This document shows, piece after piece, positions 11,554 through 23,888 of a DNA stretch of 64,000 nucleotides (positions within the stretch are counted from its first letter, which is position 1; each line of letters begins with the position of its first letter). The position numbers were made by a program, and so were the translations under genes. The DNA comes from Octopus bimaculoides. Its lineage: Eukaryota. The stretch covers positions 10,539,373-10,603,372 of the forward strand of contig NC_068981.1 of assembly GCF_001194135.2 (NCBI RefSeq), given 5' to 3'. Under the pieces are notes generated by a model. That model had not been told where the DNA came from and did no database searches. It worked only from the letters and a program-made list of their open reading frames with translations.

Positions 11554-12584
11554 CTGAAATAAATAAAACAAAATAATGTGTTATGTCTTTTGAATAGTGG
11601 AAAAGCATCACTCAATGGTGAAATTTCTTAGCAAGTCAAGAGAAATTAAGAGAACAAGGTTTCAATCAATCAATAATTGTATTCATTTTTAAAATATTTC
11701 ATTCATAATTGTATTTTGTTGTCTAATGATTAGATAATGCATTAAATATTTTATTCACTCTCAGACTTATCTTTGCATTTTTTTAAATTCTAAATGACCA
11801 GAAAGTTTCTTTTGAACTTGTCATCCCCTGTAATCTGTTTTATATTTATTTATTGTTTAGCATCAATGTGTGTGTGTGTGTGTGAGTGACAGAGAAAGAG
11901 AGGAAGACACACACACACACACACACACACATTATAATTCAACATCTGCTTTCCATGCTAGCATGGGTCAGACAGGTTGTCATGTCAATTTTTATTCCCC
12001 ATCACTGTCCTCCTAGACAGGTTAGATAGAAAGCCATGTTTCATTCATATGTCTCATTTTGGTTTTATCCTTACATATACACACATGCAATGTGTGCATA
12101 ATGCAAGGATGCTAAACATCTAAAATTATAATCCTAACTCCAGACTATTTTTGGAATCGTAATATGTTAGATAGCATGGAAAACAGACATTAAACAATGA
12201 TGAGGAGGATTTCTCAAAGAAAAAAAAGGAGAATGAGAATTCAGAAAACAATTACAAGAAAAAGTATTTCAATTGTCAGTATTAATATATTTGAAAAGTA
12301 ATACAAGACATTCATCTTTTGAACAAGTTTGCCAACAACAGTGTTTTTCTAAAGATCATTTTTGCACCATTTTTGGATATTGTGATATTGTATGCTGAAA
12401 GCTGAAACAATTATGGAAGATTCATTTTTGCCATCAAAAAACACTGAAATATGATTTAATTTTCACTTTTATATTAATTTCTATCACTACTGACACGACC
12501 TAGGTAGCAATCATTATCATTTTTAACATCTGCTTTTCCATACTTGCATGAATCAGATGAAGTTGATTGGAGGCAGATTTTCTA

Positions 12585-12862
12585 TGGCCAGTGCCCCTGG
12601 ACTGGCCCTTGTGTGGGTGGCACATAAAATACACCATTTTGAGCGAGGCCGTTGCCAGTACCGCCTGACTGGCCTTCGTACCAGTGGCACGTAAAAGCAC
12701 CCACTACACTATTGGAGTGGTTGGTGTTAGGAAGGGCATCCAGCTGTAGAAACTCTGCCAAATCAGATTGGAGCCTGGTGTAGCCATCTGGTTTCACCAG
12801 TCCTCAGTCAAATCGTCCAACCCATGCTAGCATGGAAAGTGGACGTTAAACGATGATGATGA
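12585..12862 (+). mobile_element. Young RTE 3' end (family A)
   Basis: Two subrepeat units plus a near-consensus tail ending aaacgatgatgat. Confidence 0.8.
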
Positions 12863-13306
12863 GATGCCCATCCTGGTGCTAATCCTCACCTGTTTCCAAG
12901 CAAGGTGATATTTCTCCTATAGCCAGAGATGTTCTCTAAGAACATTGGAAATGAAAGACATTGCTTGTATGACTGTGAAGCTAATCTACAACTATCACAC
13001 AATGCCAAAACAAGGACAGACACACACATAGGCTTCTTCCAATTTCCATTTACCAAATCCACTCAGATGGCTTTCATTGGGTCAGGGCTAGTGTAGAAGA
13101 CACCTGCCCAAGATACCACACAGAGGGACTGAACCTAGACACCTCAAAAAAATAACTGGAAATGGAATTTAAAAGATTCTATGTTTTTTAGATGGCTAAA
13201 ATGGCTCTACTTCTACATAACTGCTTCACTTTATACACAATAGTCTCTACTAAAACAAAATCGAAAAGAGAAGGAAAAAATACAGTAAAATCCAAACAAT
13301 ACTTAC

Positions 13307-13426
13307 TTGATTGGATGCTATAATTTTTGGTTGAGGTATCGTCACTGGCGCTTGTGTCGTGACTGATGAATAGATATTACTCTGACTTCCATCAATGTAA
13401 CCATTTACAGCAGTTGCAACAGGTTG
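13307..13426 (-). CDS. SBNO1: Strawberry notch N-terminal exon (40 aa)
   Basis: QPVATAVNGYIDGSQSNIYSSVTTQAPVTIPQPKIIASNQ. Acceptor tattttacAG, donor CAA|GTAAGT, 120 nt, phase 0-0, compatible with both neighbours. Not in the ORF track. Confidence 0.85.
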
Positions 13427-13568
13427 CTGTAAAATACAGAAATGGCATTTCAGATTAAGATATCTAAAATATGGCAGAAGTGGTAGGATTCTAAATATGA
13501 TGGGGAATAAAAAATATTATTATAAAATCATACTAGTTCAATATATGGCTTTCATTTTTTTATTTGTT

Positions 13569-13875
13569 CGATGCCAGTGCCGCCTGACTGGCACCATTCA
13601 AGTGTGGTCATTGCCAGTGCCGCCTGACTGGCACATAAAAAGCACCATTCGAGTGTGGTCATTGCCAGTGCTGCCAGACTGGCTCCCGTGCCGGTGACAC
13701 GTTAAAAAGCACCCACCACACTCTCGGAGTGGTTGGCATTAGAAAGGGCATCCAGCTGTAGAAACCTTGCCAGATTAGCTTGGAACCTGGCACAGCCTCC
13801 TGGCCTGCCAGCCCTCAGTCAAACGGTCCAATTCATGCCACTATGGAAAGCGGACATTAAACGATGATGATGATT
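13569..13875 (+). mobile_element. RTE 3' end with three subrepeat units
   Basis: Repeated gccagtgccgcctgactggcac..cattc(g/a)agtgtggtcatt units, then the family-A tail. Confidence 0.8.
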
Positions 13876-14644
13876 CATTGGACTGGGACCATGCTGGAGC
13901 ATTGCCATGAAGGGTTTAATCAAACAAAATGACCCCAGGACATCATTTCTATTTTAAGTCTGGTACTTATTCTACCAGTCTCTTTTACTGCAGTGCTAAG
14001 TTATGGGATTAAACACACACACAAGATTCCTCAGTTTCCATCAATGAAACTCATTCACAAACCACTTATCTGGTTGCAGTCAAGTAAGCTTCTTAACCAC
14101 ACAGCCATGTCTGCCAAAAACTTATCGATATGTATTTCCTGACATGTTCTTCATAGAGATATAGCTTTACAGACTATTTCCTCGTTTTAGATGTGCCATT
14201 GATAGTATTCTGATAAGTACAATTACCAGTTGTCTTCAGGTGAAATGAAGGTCAGAGTTCTCCGATTAACTCAGGACATAGGTTTGGCATTGTTTAAAAA
14301 GTTCACTTGAAAACGTGATTTCAGGTTCAATCCAACAAGGCCAGACAAGATTTCCCAGAAGACACTTCTTGTATGAATGACACTTCTTGTACAACTGCAA
14401 AACCAGTTTACAACTATTGCACAATGTCAAGGCAAGTGCATACACACAAACAATGGGCTTTCAGTTTCCATCTACTAAATCGATTCACATGGCTTTGATT
14501 GAGCCAGGGCTACAGTAAGACACTTGCCAAAGGTGCCATGCAGTGGGACTGAACTCAAAATCACAGGGTTGAGAAGTGAAATTCTTAATCCCACAATCAT
14601 GTGCGCACACACACATGAATATATAATCTTTCTTCTATGAAGAC

Positions 14645-15372
14645 CAGTGGTTCTCAACCATGGTCCATATGGCCCTTGGAGGTCTATACAAGATTTTGTT
14701 AAAATTTATGTGCAATATACAAAATAACCTTATTTTTTATGCAATTCCTAATATTTAACCATTTAGCATTTAAACTGGCCATATCCAGCCTCTCCCACCT
14801 ACACTACAAAGTCACTCTGAAAATATGTGATCACATCTTCAAAATCTTGAAGCTACAAGATGATACGTGATTAATTTTTTTAAATGTAGATAATCATCAT
14901 CATTTAACGTCCGTTGTCCATGCTGGCATGGGTTGGACAGTTTGACTGGGCAAGCATATTTGCAGGCTGCAACAGACTCCAGTCTGATATGGCATCATTT
15001 TCTACAGCTGGATGCCCTTCCTAATGCCAACCACTCAGAGTATAATAGGTGCTTTTACGTGCCACTGGAACAGGTGCCAATTGCACGACACCCGGGTTTC
15101 GTTTACATGCCACCGACACTGGTGCCAATTTGTGTGACACCGGTATTTGCCACGACTGCAATTTTGCTCGGCTTGATGGGTCTTCCCAAGCATGACATAA
15201 TGCAAAGGTCTCAGTCATTGCCTTACATTTGATCAATTAATCTGAATGCTAAAAGGGTTGATTATAAAAATATAATAGGATTTTCTTTTATACATCGAAT
15301 GATTATGAGGGTCCATCTGAGTAAGATAGGATCCAAGGGGGTCCATAAGTTAAAAATGGTTGAGGACCACTG
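14645..15372. mobile_element. Nested hAT MITE > TTAA MITE (14755-15261) > RTE 3' end (14894-15222, minus)
   Basis: TIRs cagtggttctcaacc / ggttgaggaccactg, TSD atgaagac / atgtagat. The inner family-F termini and the (CAT)n-tailed RTE were read directly. Confidence 0.75.
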
Positions 15373-15710
15373 ATGTAGATGAAATACGTGCATCATTATT
15401 ACACTGCAATGCAAGAACACACTGTAATAACAACCAGTATGAAAATTCTTAAAACAAGTACCATTATCATGTATAAGATTGGACTTAGAAAAACAATATC
15501 AAATCATAGAACAGATGCTTACAACAACGCAAAACAATTCATCTCCATAAGTTTAAGTTCAATACAGAGTATAGTATTAACTCTTTCCCATACGTGCGAG
15601 TTTACCAATTATTAAACTCAGCAGAACGTGCACATAATTGTCTTTCTCGGGCTGACTACCTGATAGCAATATCACATAACTTTGTGATAGAGTCTATAGA
15701 CTTTGGATAT

Positions 15711-16130
15711 CATCATCATTATCATCATCGTTTAATATCCATTTTCCATGCTGGCATGGGTTGGACAGTTTAGCTGAGGTCTGGAGAGCCAGCGGCTGCA
15801 CCAGGCTCCAATCTGATCTGGTAGCATTTCTACAGCTGCATGCCCTTCCAAATGCCAACCACTTCGAGAGTGTAGCGAGTGCTTTTTATGTGCCACCAGC
15901 ACAGGAGCCAGTCAGACGGGCCTGGCATCGATCACATTCAGATAGTGCTATTTACGTGTCACCAGCATGGGAGCCAGTCAGGGGTACTGGCTTCAACCAG
16001 GTTTGGATGGTGCCTTTTACATGCCACCAGCACAGAGGCCAGTCAGGCAGTCCTTGCATCGATCACATTCGGATAGTGCTTTTTACATGTCACCGGCACC
16101 GGAACCAGTTCGGGGGTACTGGAATTGGCC
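15711..16130 (-). mobile_element. RTE 3' end with variant subrepeats
   Basis: (CAT)n at 15711, family-A core, then ~58-nt units ending gatcacattc(a/g)gatagtgct. Confidence 0.75.
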
Positions 16131-16408
16131 ATTAACCAATATTAAAAAAGAAACTAAAAAGAAAACATTCCAAAAGAAATTGAATTAAAAAACTCATAAT
16201 TGTAGAACTGGAAGTAGAGTTAAAATAAAAGTACGTAAATATTGGGATGAAAACCATTTTGGTTAGGAAAAGTCAAAAACTGCCCACTGGAACTTGAACC
16301 CACTTCATCTACAAACAGGACAGACATTCTACCATTGGATTAAAGTAATCCTTTGAATGTATCTATTTTAGAAACTTTCTTCTTACTAGTGAGAACTGTA
16401 CATTATTT

Positions 16409-16559
16409 ATGTTGGCGTTAGGAAGGGCATCCAGCTGTAGAAACTCTGCCAAATTCAGATTGGAGCCTGGTGTTGCCATCCGGTTTCACCAGTCCTCAGT
16501 CAAATCGTCCAACCCATGCTAGCATGGAAAGCGGACGTTAAACGATGATGATGATGATA
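16409..16559 (+). mobile_element. Young short RTE 3' end
   Basis: Near-identical to 8511-8662. (GAT)n tail. Confidence 0.8.
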
Positions 16560-16827
16560 ATTTGGAAACTTTGAAAGATTATGAAATAATCTGTTTTTAA
16601 TGGTGGGACAAGTAGATAAAGCTTTAAATAATAGCAAGTAAATATTAAGTTGAAAATCCCCTTTGGACAGGAATAGTCAAAGGCCGGTTGTGGGACTTGA
16701 ACCCACAACTTCTGTAAAGGTGACAGATGATTTACCATTGAACCAAAGTAATCCTTAGGTAATAAAGTAATGCTTTTAGCAGAACAAACCTTATAGAAAT
16801 ACACTTAACACACACATTCATACTTAC

Positions 16828-16950
16828 AGTAACAGGCTGTACATCAACAAGGTTGTCATTCAGAGTAAACAAGTCATCAGATTCATCAAAAGCAGTAAGA
16901 TCTCCAATTCCAGATTCATCCAAAGCAGCAGACAAAAGGTCTTTTGTAAC
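16828..16950 (-). CDS. SBNO1: Strawberry notch exon with the conserved N-terminal DLLxAALxESG motif
   Basis: VTKDLLSAALDESGIGDLTAFDESDDLFTLNDNLVDVQPVT versus human [24 protein letters not shown]. Acceptor tatttaacAG, donor ACT|GTAAGT, 123 nt, phase 0-0. It contains no Met, so an upstream ATG exon is required. Confidence 0.92.
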
Positions 16951-17140
16951 CTGTTAAATAGAAGTTGTTTAAACTATTAATTACAACAAGCAAAATCATA
17001 CTATAACAATAATAAGGTACAGTTTATTAAAGCTAAGAAACAATTGAGGTTGGCAAAATTACAAAAAAACTACTGCATTTGATTGTATAAAAGACACAGC
17101 CCAATTCCAGCAGTGCATACACAAACAAGTTTTTAGTGCA

Positions 17141-17369
17141 TTAACCCTTTCGTTACTCTATTTATTTTGAGATGCTCTGTGTTTCTTTCAATTATTTTAA
17201 ATATAACAAAGAATTTAGTAAAATAACTTAGTTATCATTGAGCTAGTGTTAGGAATATAAACTGTGACTAAGGTTTGGTGGAAGATTTTAATTCAGAACT
17301 TTGGAAAGCAAGACATTTGTGCTACAGAGCTACAACCGGTTTCAGTCGGGTTGGTAACGAAAGTGTTAA
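17141..17369. mobile_element. TTAA/piggyBac-type MITE (family G)
   Basis: TTAA-CCCTTTCGTTAC ... GTAACGAAAGTG-TTAA. Opposite-orientation copies at 50414-50631 and 56580-57557. Confidence 0.8.
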
Positions 17370-17449
17370 AGCTTACAGGATGCCCAACTTCACATATAGG
17401 ACCTGGGGTGAGGTTTTTAAGGCATTTTTCTTTGATTGCATGTCTTATA

Positions 17450-17971
17450 TGAGAGCTGATCAAAAAGTATCATAGGTAAATTACGGAGTGAAGCCACCTG
17501 GTACAGACCTTAAACTCTGTTGTGCGTGCACACTAAGTTATGACATTCCTGCTCACTTCTGTTGTTTATAGCAGTGCTTGGGAGTAAAGTGTATGGGGTG
17601 TGGTCGTCTAACCACATCACAGAGGAGGTTCCATTAGTGATCATGACAGAAAATGTGTTTGTATGTGTGTGTGAGTGCATGCATAGAAAGAGATACAGCT
17701 TGAAGGTTATTATGGTCAAGGATCTTTCCAAAAATCAAATCCCACTTGAAAGGAACAAGATTAAAACATCAGGGAAATCCAAGCAAATGCAATGAGGCAG
17801 CTTCTTGCTATCCCAAAAAAGGAGTTCCGGGAATGCTTCAATCAATGTTGAATAAAGTGTGTGTCTTCAGAAAGGGACTGCTTTGAAGGAGATTAAATGC
17901 TGAATTGATGGTGTGTTGTAGTTTTTTTTTTTTTTCTAGCACCAGTCCCAATACTTTTTGATCAGATCTTA
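17450..17971 (+). mobile_element. Internally deleted mariner (Tc1/mariner) element
   Basis: TIRs tgagagctgatcaaaaagtat / atactttttgatcagatctta with TA on both sides. About 17728-17895 decodes, with frameshifts, to FPKIKSHLKGTR..EIQANAMRQLLAIPKKEFRECFNQ..KCV..EGDCFEGD*, the mariner transposase C-terminus. Confidence 0.8.
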
Positions 17972-18454
17972 TATGCCATTAACCCTTTAGCATTCGGATT
18001 TCTCTGTCAAATTTAAGGTTTATCTATTCACATTACTTTGAATCAATCATGCATTATCTCAGAGCTTCAGGATTTCAATGATGCAGGTACAGCCTTCTTG
18101 GCTTGCCAGTCCTCAGTCAAACCATCCAACCCATACCAGCATGGAAAGCAGACGTTAAACGACAACAATGATGACTTTATTTCTAGAAAGACACTATAAG
18201 CTAGATATGAAAACTGCATCTATCCAGTATGAACATCTAACAAGTATACTGTATTGGCTGAACACGGCTGGTTTAAATGCTAAAGGGTTAAACATAGTAA
18301 TTAATGCAAAAAAGCCCCAGTTACAACAAAGGTCCTAATCCATCTGACGAGACCCATGAACGAAATAAGAAAGTGAAAAATAAATCTAATTTTGATATGA
18401 ATCAACATCATTTTTTCCACAGCCTAAACGATACAGCATATTCTCTGGCCATAC

Positions 18455-18705
18455 TTTCTTTTTGTTTTTATTTCAGGCAATTTGACTGCAGCCATGCTGG
18501 GGAACCACTTTGAATTTTTAATCAAATGAACCGACCCCACTACTTTTTTTTTTATTTTAAGCCTGTTACTTATTCTATCAGTCACTTTTGCCAAACCACT
18601 AAGTCACAGAGGTGTAAACAAACCAACACCAGTTGTCAAGTGACAGCAGGGGACAATCACAAAGACACACACACACATATATATAGATATAGATGTATGT
18701 GCATG

Positions 18706-18759
<54 letters not shown>

Positions 18760-18915
18760 ATGGGCTTCTTTCAGTTTCCATCTACCCAATCCACTCACAA
18801 GGCATTGGTTGGCCCAAGGTTACAGTAGAAGACACTCAACCAAGGTACCATGCTGTGGGACTGAAACATGAACAGTGTGGTTGGGAAACAAACTGCTTAC
18901 CACACAGCTTACATA
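18455..18915 (-). mobile_element. SINE family B
   Basis: Reverse complement of the family-B head, body and tail, with a long (TA)n(CA)n centre. Confidence 0.75.
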
Positions 18916-19251
18916 CAATTCTTGCTATTTTCCAGTGTTTACTCCTCTTGTAAGCACCTTTCAACATGAGTTCACATTTTTTCACCCAGCCTCTATCATC
19001 CATTCATATTACATGGATATCAATATTCTCCTTTCACCAAAATCATTATCTAATATTCATGTTCCATACTGACATCTGATGCTCAGCTGTTTTATAAACT
19101 TTCATTTAGACCCCTTTAACAACCTGTACTCAACTCCTGGCTCTCATACACAAGCCACAACTAATATCTCATAGTGAACCAACGAAAGAGCCTAAGCATA
19201 CGTGCTCAACCTGCTAGAAATAGCAGTCAAATTTCACTCAAATCTCACCTA

Positions 19252-19406
19252 AAGAGTGGCTGTGTGGTAGGAAGTCTGCTTCCCAACCACATGGTTCCGG
19301 GTTCAGTCCCACTGCATGCCACCTCGGGCAAGTGTCTTCTACTATAGCATCGGGCCAACCAAAGCCTTGTGAGTGGATGTGGTAGATAGAAACTGAAAGA
19401 AGCCGA

Positions 19407-19437
<31 letters not shown>

Positions 19438-19655
19438 ATCAGACCCACCACAATCGCTTGACAACCGATGTTAGTGTGTTTATGTCCCTATAACTTAGTG
19501 GTTCATCAAAAAGAGACCAATAGAATAAGTATTAGGTTTACAAAGAATAAGTCCTGGGATCACTTTGTGCGACTAAAGGCAGTGCTCCAGCATGGCCACG
19601 GTCTGATGACTGAAACTAGTCAAAGGGGGAGAAAGGACAAAAAACCATCTTAAAA
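19252..19655 (+). mobile_element. SINE family B
   Basis: gtggctgtgtggtagg..ggttcagtccc head, (GT)n centre, ccagcatggccac..gactgaaac tail. Confidence 0.8.
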
Positions 19656-19686
19656 CTAAAAGAATACATGAGATGTGGTTATAGGT

Positions 19687-19930
19687 CTGTGGTTCTCAGG
19701 ATCCACCTGGCTCTTGCGGATGCATATAAGATTTTGTCATTAAAATTTACCTGCAATACATTGGTTATACTTCCACAATAGACAAAATATTTTAACAATT
19801 CTTTTATACAATTCTGAATAATATTTCATTATAAAAATATTTTTTAAACATTGAATGGCTACGAGAGTCTGTCCAAGTAAAATAGCAAAACCAAGGGACC
19901 CACAGGGGAAAAAATAATTGAGAAGCACTG
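19687..19930. mobile_element. hAT MITE, same family as 1692 and 14645
   Basis: ctgtggttctca / ttgagaagcactg termini, with similar internal sequence. Confidence 0.6.
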
Positions 19931-22892
19931 CATAGGAATATAGAATCTGAAAATAAGACTATATAGCCATGGCTAGATTGTCTTGTCTGAACAAAAAGAT
20001 CGAAAGGTATTCAAACAGTGAACATAACATTTTTTTTCTTTTTTAAGGCAGAACGACCTAATGAATCCTTCCACTTTCCTGAGGGAAATTTGATGGTTAT
20101 TTCTAGGAGATTGACTGACAGCACAGCCTTAGTATATAGTAAACACTAAATAAGTCTGTTAGCTCGGTGAGTGTACTAATGCAGAAAACAAAACAGCAAT
20201 AAGATACTTTTAACGTTAGTTGTGTAACTGTGACTGACCTTGATTTTGATACAACTGAATAAGTTCTGGCGCTTGTAGCACAAAGAAAAGTATGTTTGAG
20301 TGTGTATGTGTGTGTTTCAATGAAGGTTAACAAAGACTGTACTAGCTTAATATTTAGAGAGAAGGTGGAGTGAACTTTGTAACATCACAGCTTCTTTCCT
20401 TATTGGTAGTTCGTCAGAGGGGGAAGCTGAAATGCATAACCTACTGCATTCTTTACAGTATTATATTATTCTTGTTTAGTTTTCATCAAGCAGACCAGCA
20501 ATCGAAGGTACTTCAGTGTCGACCATTCAGTCTTTTTGCATACCTATCAGAACTACAATCATCATCATCGTTTAACAAACGCTTTCCATGCTGGCATCGG
20601 TTGGACAGTTTGACTGAGGATGGGCAAGCCAGTAGGCTACACCAGGCTCTAATCTGATCTGACAAGGTTTCTATGGCTGGATGCCCTTCCTAACGCCAAT
20701 CACTCAGTGTAGTGGGTGCTTTTTATGTGCCACAGGCACAGGAGCCAATCAAGGGGTACTGGTATTGACCATGTTTGGATGGGGCTTTTACATGCCACCA
20801 GCACGGAAGCCAGCCAGGGGGCACTGGCATCAACAACATTCAATGCATTTACTAAGATGGCTCGATTGCGAGGAGGGGGGGGGGTAAATGGGGGTAAAGC
20901 TCAGATTCTCAAGCAGTTATATACATAACTAATGAACTCTAACTTCAAGTATAAATGTAAAACAATCGAGTATTGTATTTAGAAATTTCTCATTGATTCA
21001 GTGGAGATACTTTCCTTTCCACTTATTTTAATGTCCACTTTTCCATGTTTGCATGGGTCATATGGAATTTACTGAGAAATTTTCTGCAACTGGATGCCCT
21101 TCCTGTCACTAATCCTCACCTGTTTCCAAGTACAATAACATTTCCCTATGACTGGAAATGTTTTCATAGAAAGAAATGAGAAAGCTTGTATGAGGTGACA
21201 TTCGTTTGCACAAGCCAAATGAAATTGTAGTTGTTGCCAATGCTGATGTCACATAACTGGCACCCGTGCCAGTAGTATCTAAATAGCACCTTTTGAGCAT
21301 TGAGCCTCACTGAGGCAATGTAGCCAATGCTGGCGTCACATAATTGGCATCCACGTCGGTGGCACCTAAAAGCACCCATTACACTCTCGCAGAGGTTAGC
21401 GTTAAGAAGGGTATTCAGCCATAGAAACCATGTCAAATCAGACTGGAGTCTGGTGCAGCCTACCAGCTTACCAACCCTAGTCAAACCATCCAACCCATGC
21501 CAGCATGGACAACAGACATTAAATGATGATGATGTGATGTTAAGATACACATGTTAAACCAGGAGTTGTATGGTGGTAGTCAGCTTCTTGAAAAAACTTC
21601 ATTTGATTTCAACATGGGATGAGGTGTGTAACTTACAACGTTAATAAACTCATTTTATATACTGTCCATCTTTACTAGCTCCATACATGCTCACAGCTTA
21701 CTAAGTTCCTAAATTTGGATCACTGGCTCGTACATCCCCTGAGCAGCTGATTTCTACTACAGAACATACTTTCTTTTCTTTCCCCAAATCATTGTCAAAT
21801 CTGGAAATTTTAGTTGCGAGTCCCGTGCCGGTAGCACATAAAAAGCACCATCTGATTGTAGTTGATGCCAGCTCCTCTGACCCCTGTGCCAGTGGCATGT
21901 AAAAAGCACCCACTGCACTCTCAGAGTTGTTGACGTTAGGAAGGACATCCAGCTGTAGAAACACTGCCTGATCAAATTGGGACCTGGTGCAGCCTGCTGG
22001 CTTCCCAGACCCCAGTCAAACCATCCAACCCATGCCAGCATGGAAAACGGACTTTAAACGATGATGATGATACACACACACTGTATACATAAACAATTGC
22101 ATGTTTATGTTCATTGTAGAAGCTCAGATAGAGGAACATTCGGAAAGTTTTACCAATTTTCACTGAACCACTGATCAACTGGATTTGGAAAATTAGAATC
22201 AATTAGCTGTGTTCTTTCTTGTAAAATCACAATGTGGCTAGGCTTTTGTACAAATCTATTGCAACACAAACGAGTGCATCTGTGATATAATCAGTACAAA
22301 TGAGAATCTATAGCCTGGATGCTAGCACTCCAAGTTCTGCACTTTTCCACAACTTTAGATGAGACTTTTACATTCTTTAGGCAGCTGACCTCTACAATAG
22401 TGCATGACATGTGTGCACATGTACTTATGCATCTATGTGTGCATGTGTATGTGTAATGTATATAACATTCTGGTTTCCACGTGATAAAGTAAATCACAAT
22501 AGCTGAGCCACTATGAGACAATCAAGAATTTTGAGCTTTTAGAATGTTAAGTGACATCCAACCTTTATTTGAAACAGTTGTTGGTTTCCCTTGTTTAACC
22601 GTAGGTCAGTGCTGACTGAACAGACCTGTGACATCCCAATCCTGCCCATTTGTTAGAGAGTCTAGTCAATGAGTCCTTTCTTTATGATGCTAGGATATGA
22701 TCAGACTTGACTGCAATTTCTAGCAAGTTAAGAACTATGTAGAAGCTCCCTCGTTGGTTTATTTGAAGCCATGGTTTTGCATGTGCACTAGTAAAATAAG
22801 TTTAAAGCCAAAACCCTCCATGGCCAAAAGTTGGCATATATTTATATTTGTGAAAAGTAGCTTCTAATAATTACTGTATTTTCCCTTTTATC

Positions 22893-23290
22893 TTTTATTT
22901 ATTTGTCATTCGACTATGGCCATGCTAGAGCACCACCTCGAAGAATTCTTAGTCAAATGAATACCGACCCCCAGTACATTTTTTTTTTAAGCCAGGCTCT
23001 CATTCTGTTGATCTCTTTTGCTGAACTGTTAGGTTATGGGGATGTAAACACACCAACACCAATTGTCAAGTAGTTGGGGGGGGGGGGCAGAGTCAAAAAG
23101 ACACACACACGCATATTTATACATACAACAGGCTTCTTTCAATTTCTGTCTACCAAATCCACTCACAAGGCTTTGGTCAGCCCAAGGCTATAGTAAAAGG
23201 CACTTGCCCAAGATACCACACAGTGGGACAGAACCCAGAAACGTATGATTGGGAAGCGAGCTTCTTACCACACAGCCACACCTACACTCA
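22893..23290 (-). mobile_element. SINE family B
   Basis: Reverse complement of the family-B consensus. Confidence 0.75.
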
Positions 23291-23430
23291 TATAAGCTGT
23301 ACTATTTTATACTTGATTTTAACTGGAAAAACTGGGGTGTGACCTATACACAGAGCAAACAAACTACAAGGGAGGAAAAAACTTGGTACCAAGATTCAAC
23401 ACTAAATTACAACTGCAACTTATACACAAA

Positions 23431-23595
23431 TAGGTGCAGGAGTGGCTGTGTGGTAAGTAGCTTGCTTACCAACCACATGGTTCTGGGTTCATTCCCACTG
23501 CGTGGCACCTTGAGCAAGTGTCTTCTACTATAGCCTCAGGCCGACCAGTGCCTTGTGAGTAGATTTGGTAGATGGAAAACTGAAAGAAGCCTATC

Positions 23596-23688
<93 letters not shown>

Positions 23689-23888
23689 CGCGTCTGTCCT
23701 CCCAACATTGCTTGACAACCGATGGTGGTGTGTTTACATCCCCGTAACTTAGCGGTTCAGCAAAAGAGACCGATAGAATAAGTACTAGGCTCCCAAAGAA
23801 TAAGCCCTGGGATCGATTTGCTCGACTAAAGGCAGTGCTCCAGCATGGCCACAGTCAAATGACTGAAACAAGTAAAAGAGTAAGTAAA
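23431..23888 (+). mobile_element. SINE family B with an expanded (GT)n(CG)n centre (23599-23692)
   Basis: Full head to tail, ending aagtaaaagagtaag. Confidence 0.85.
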
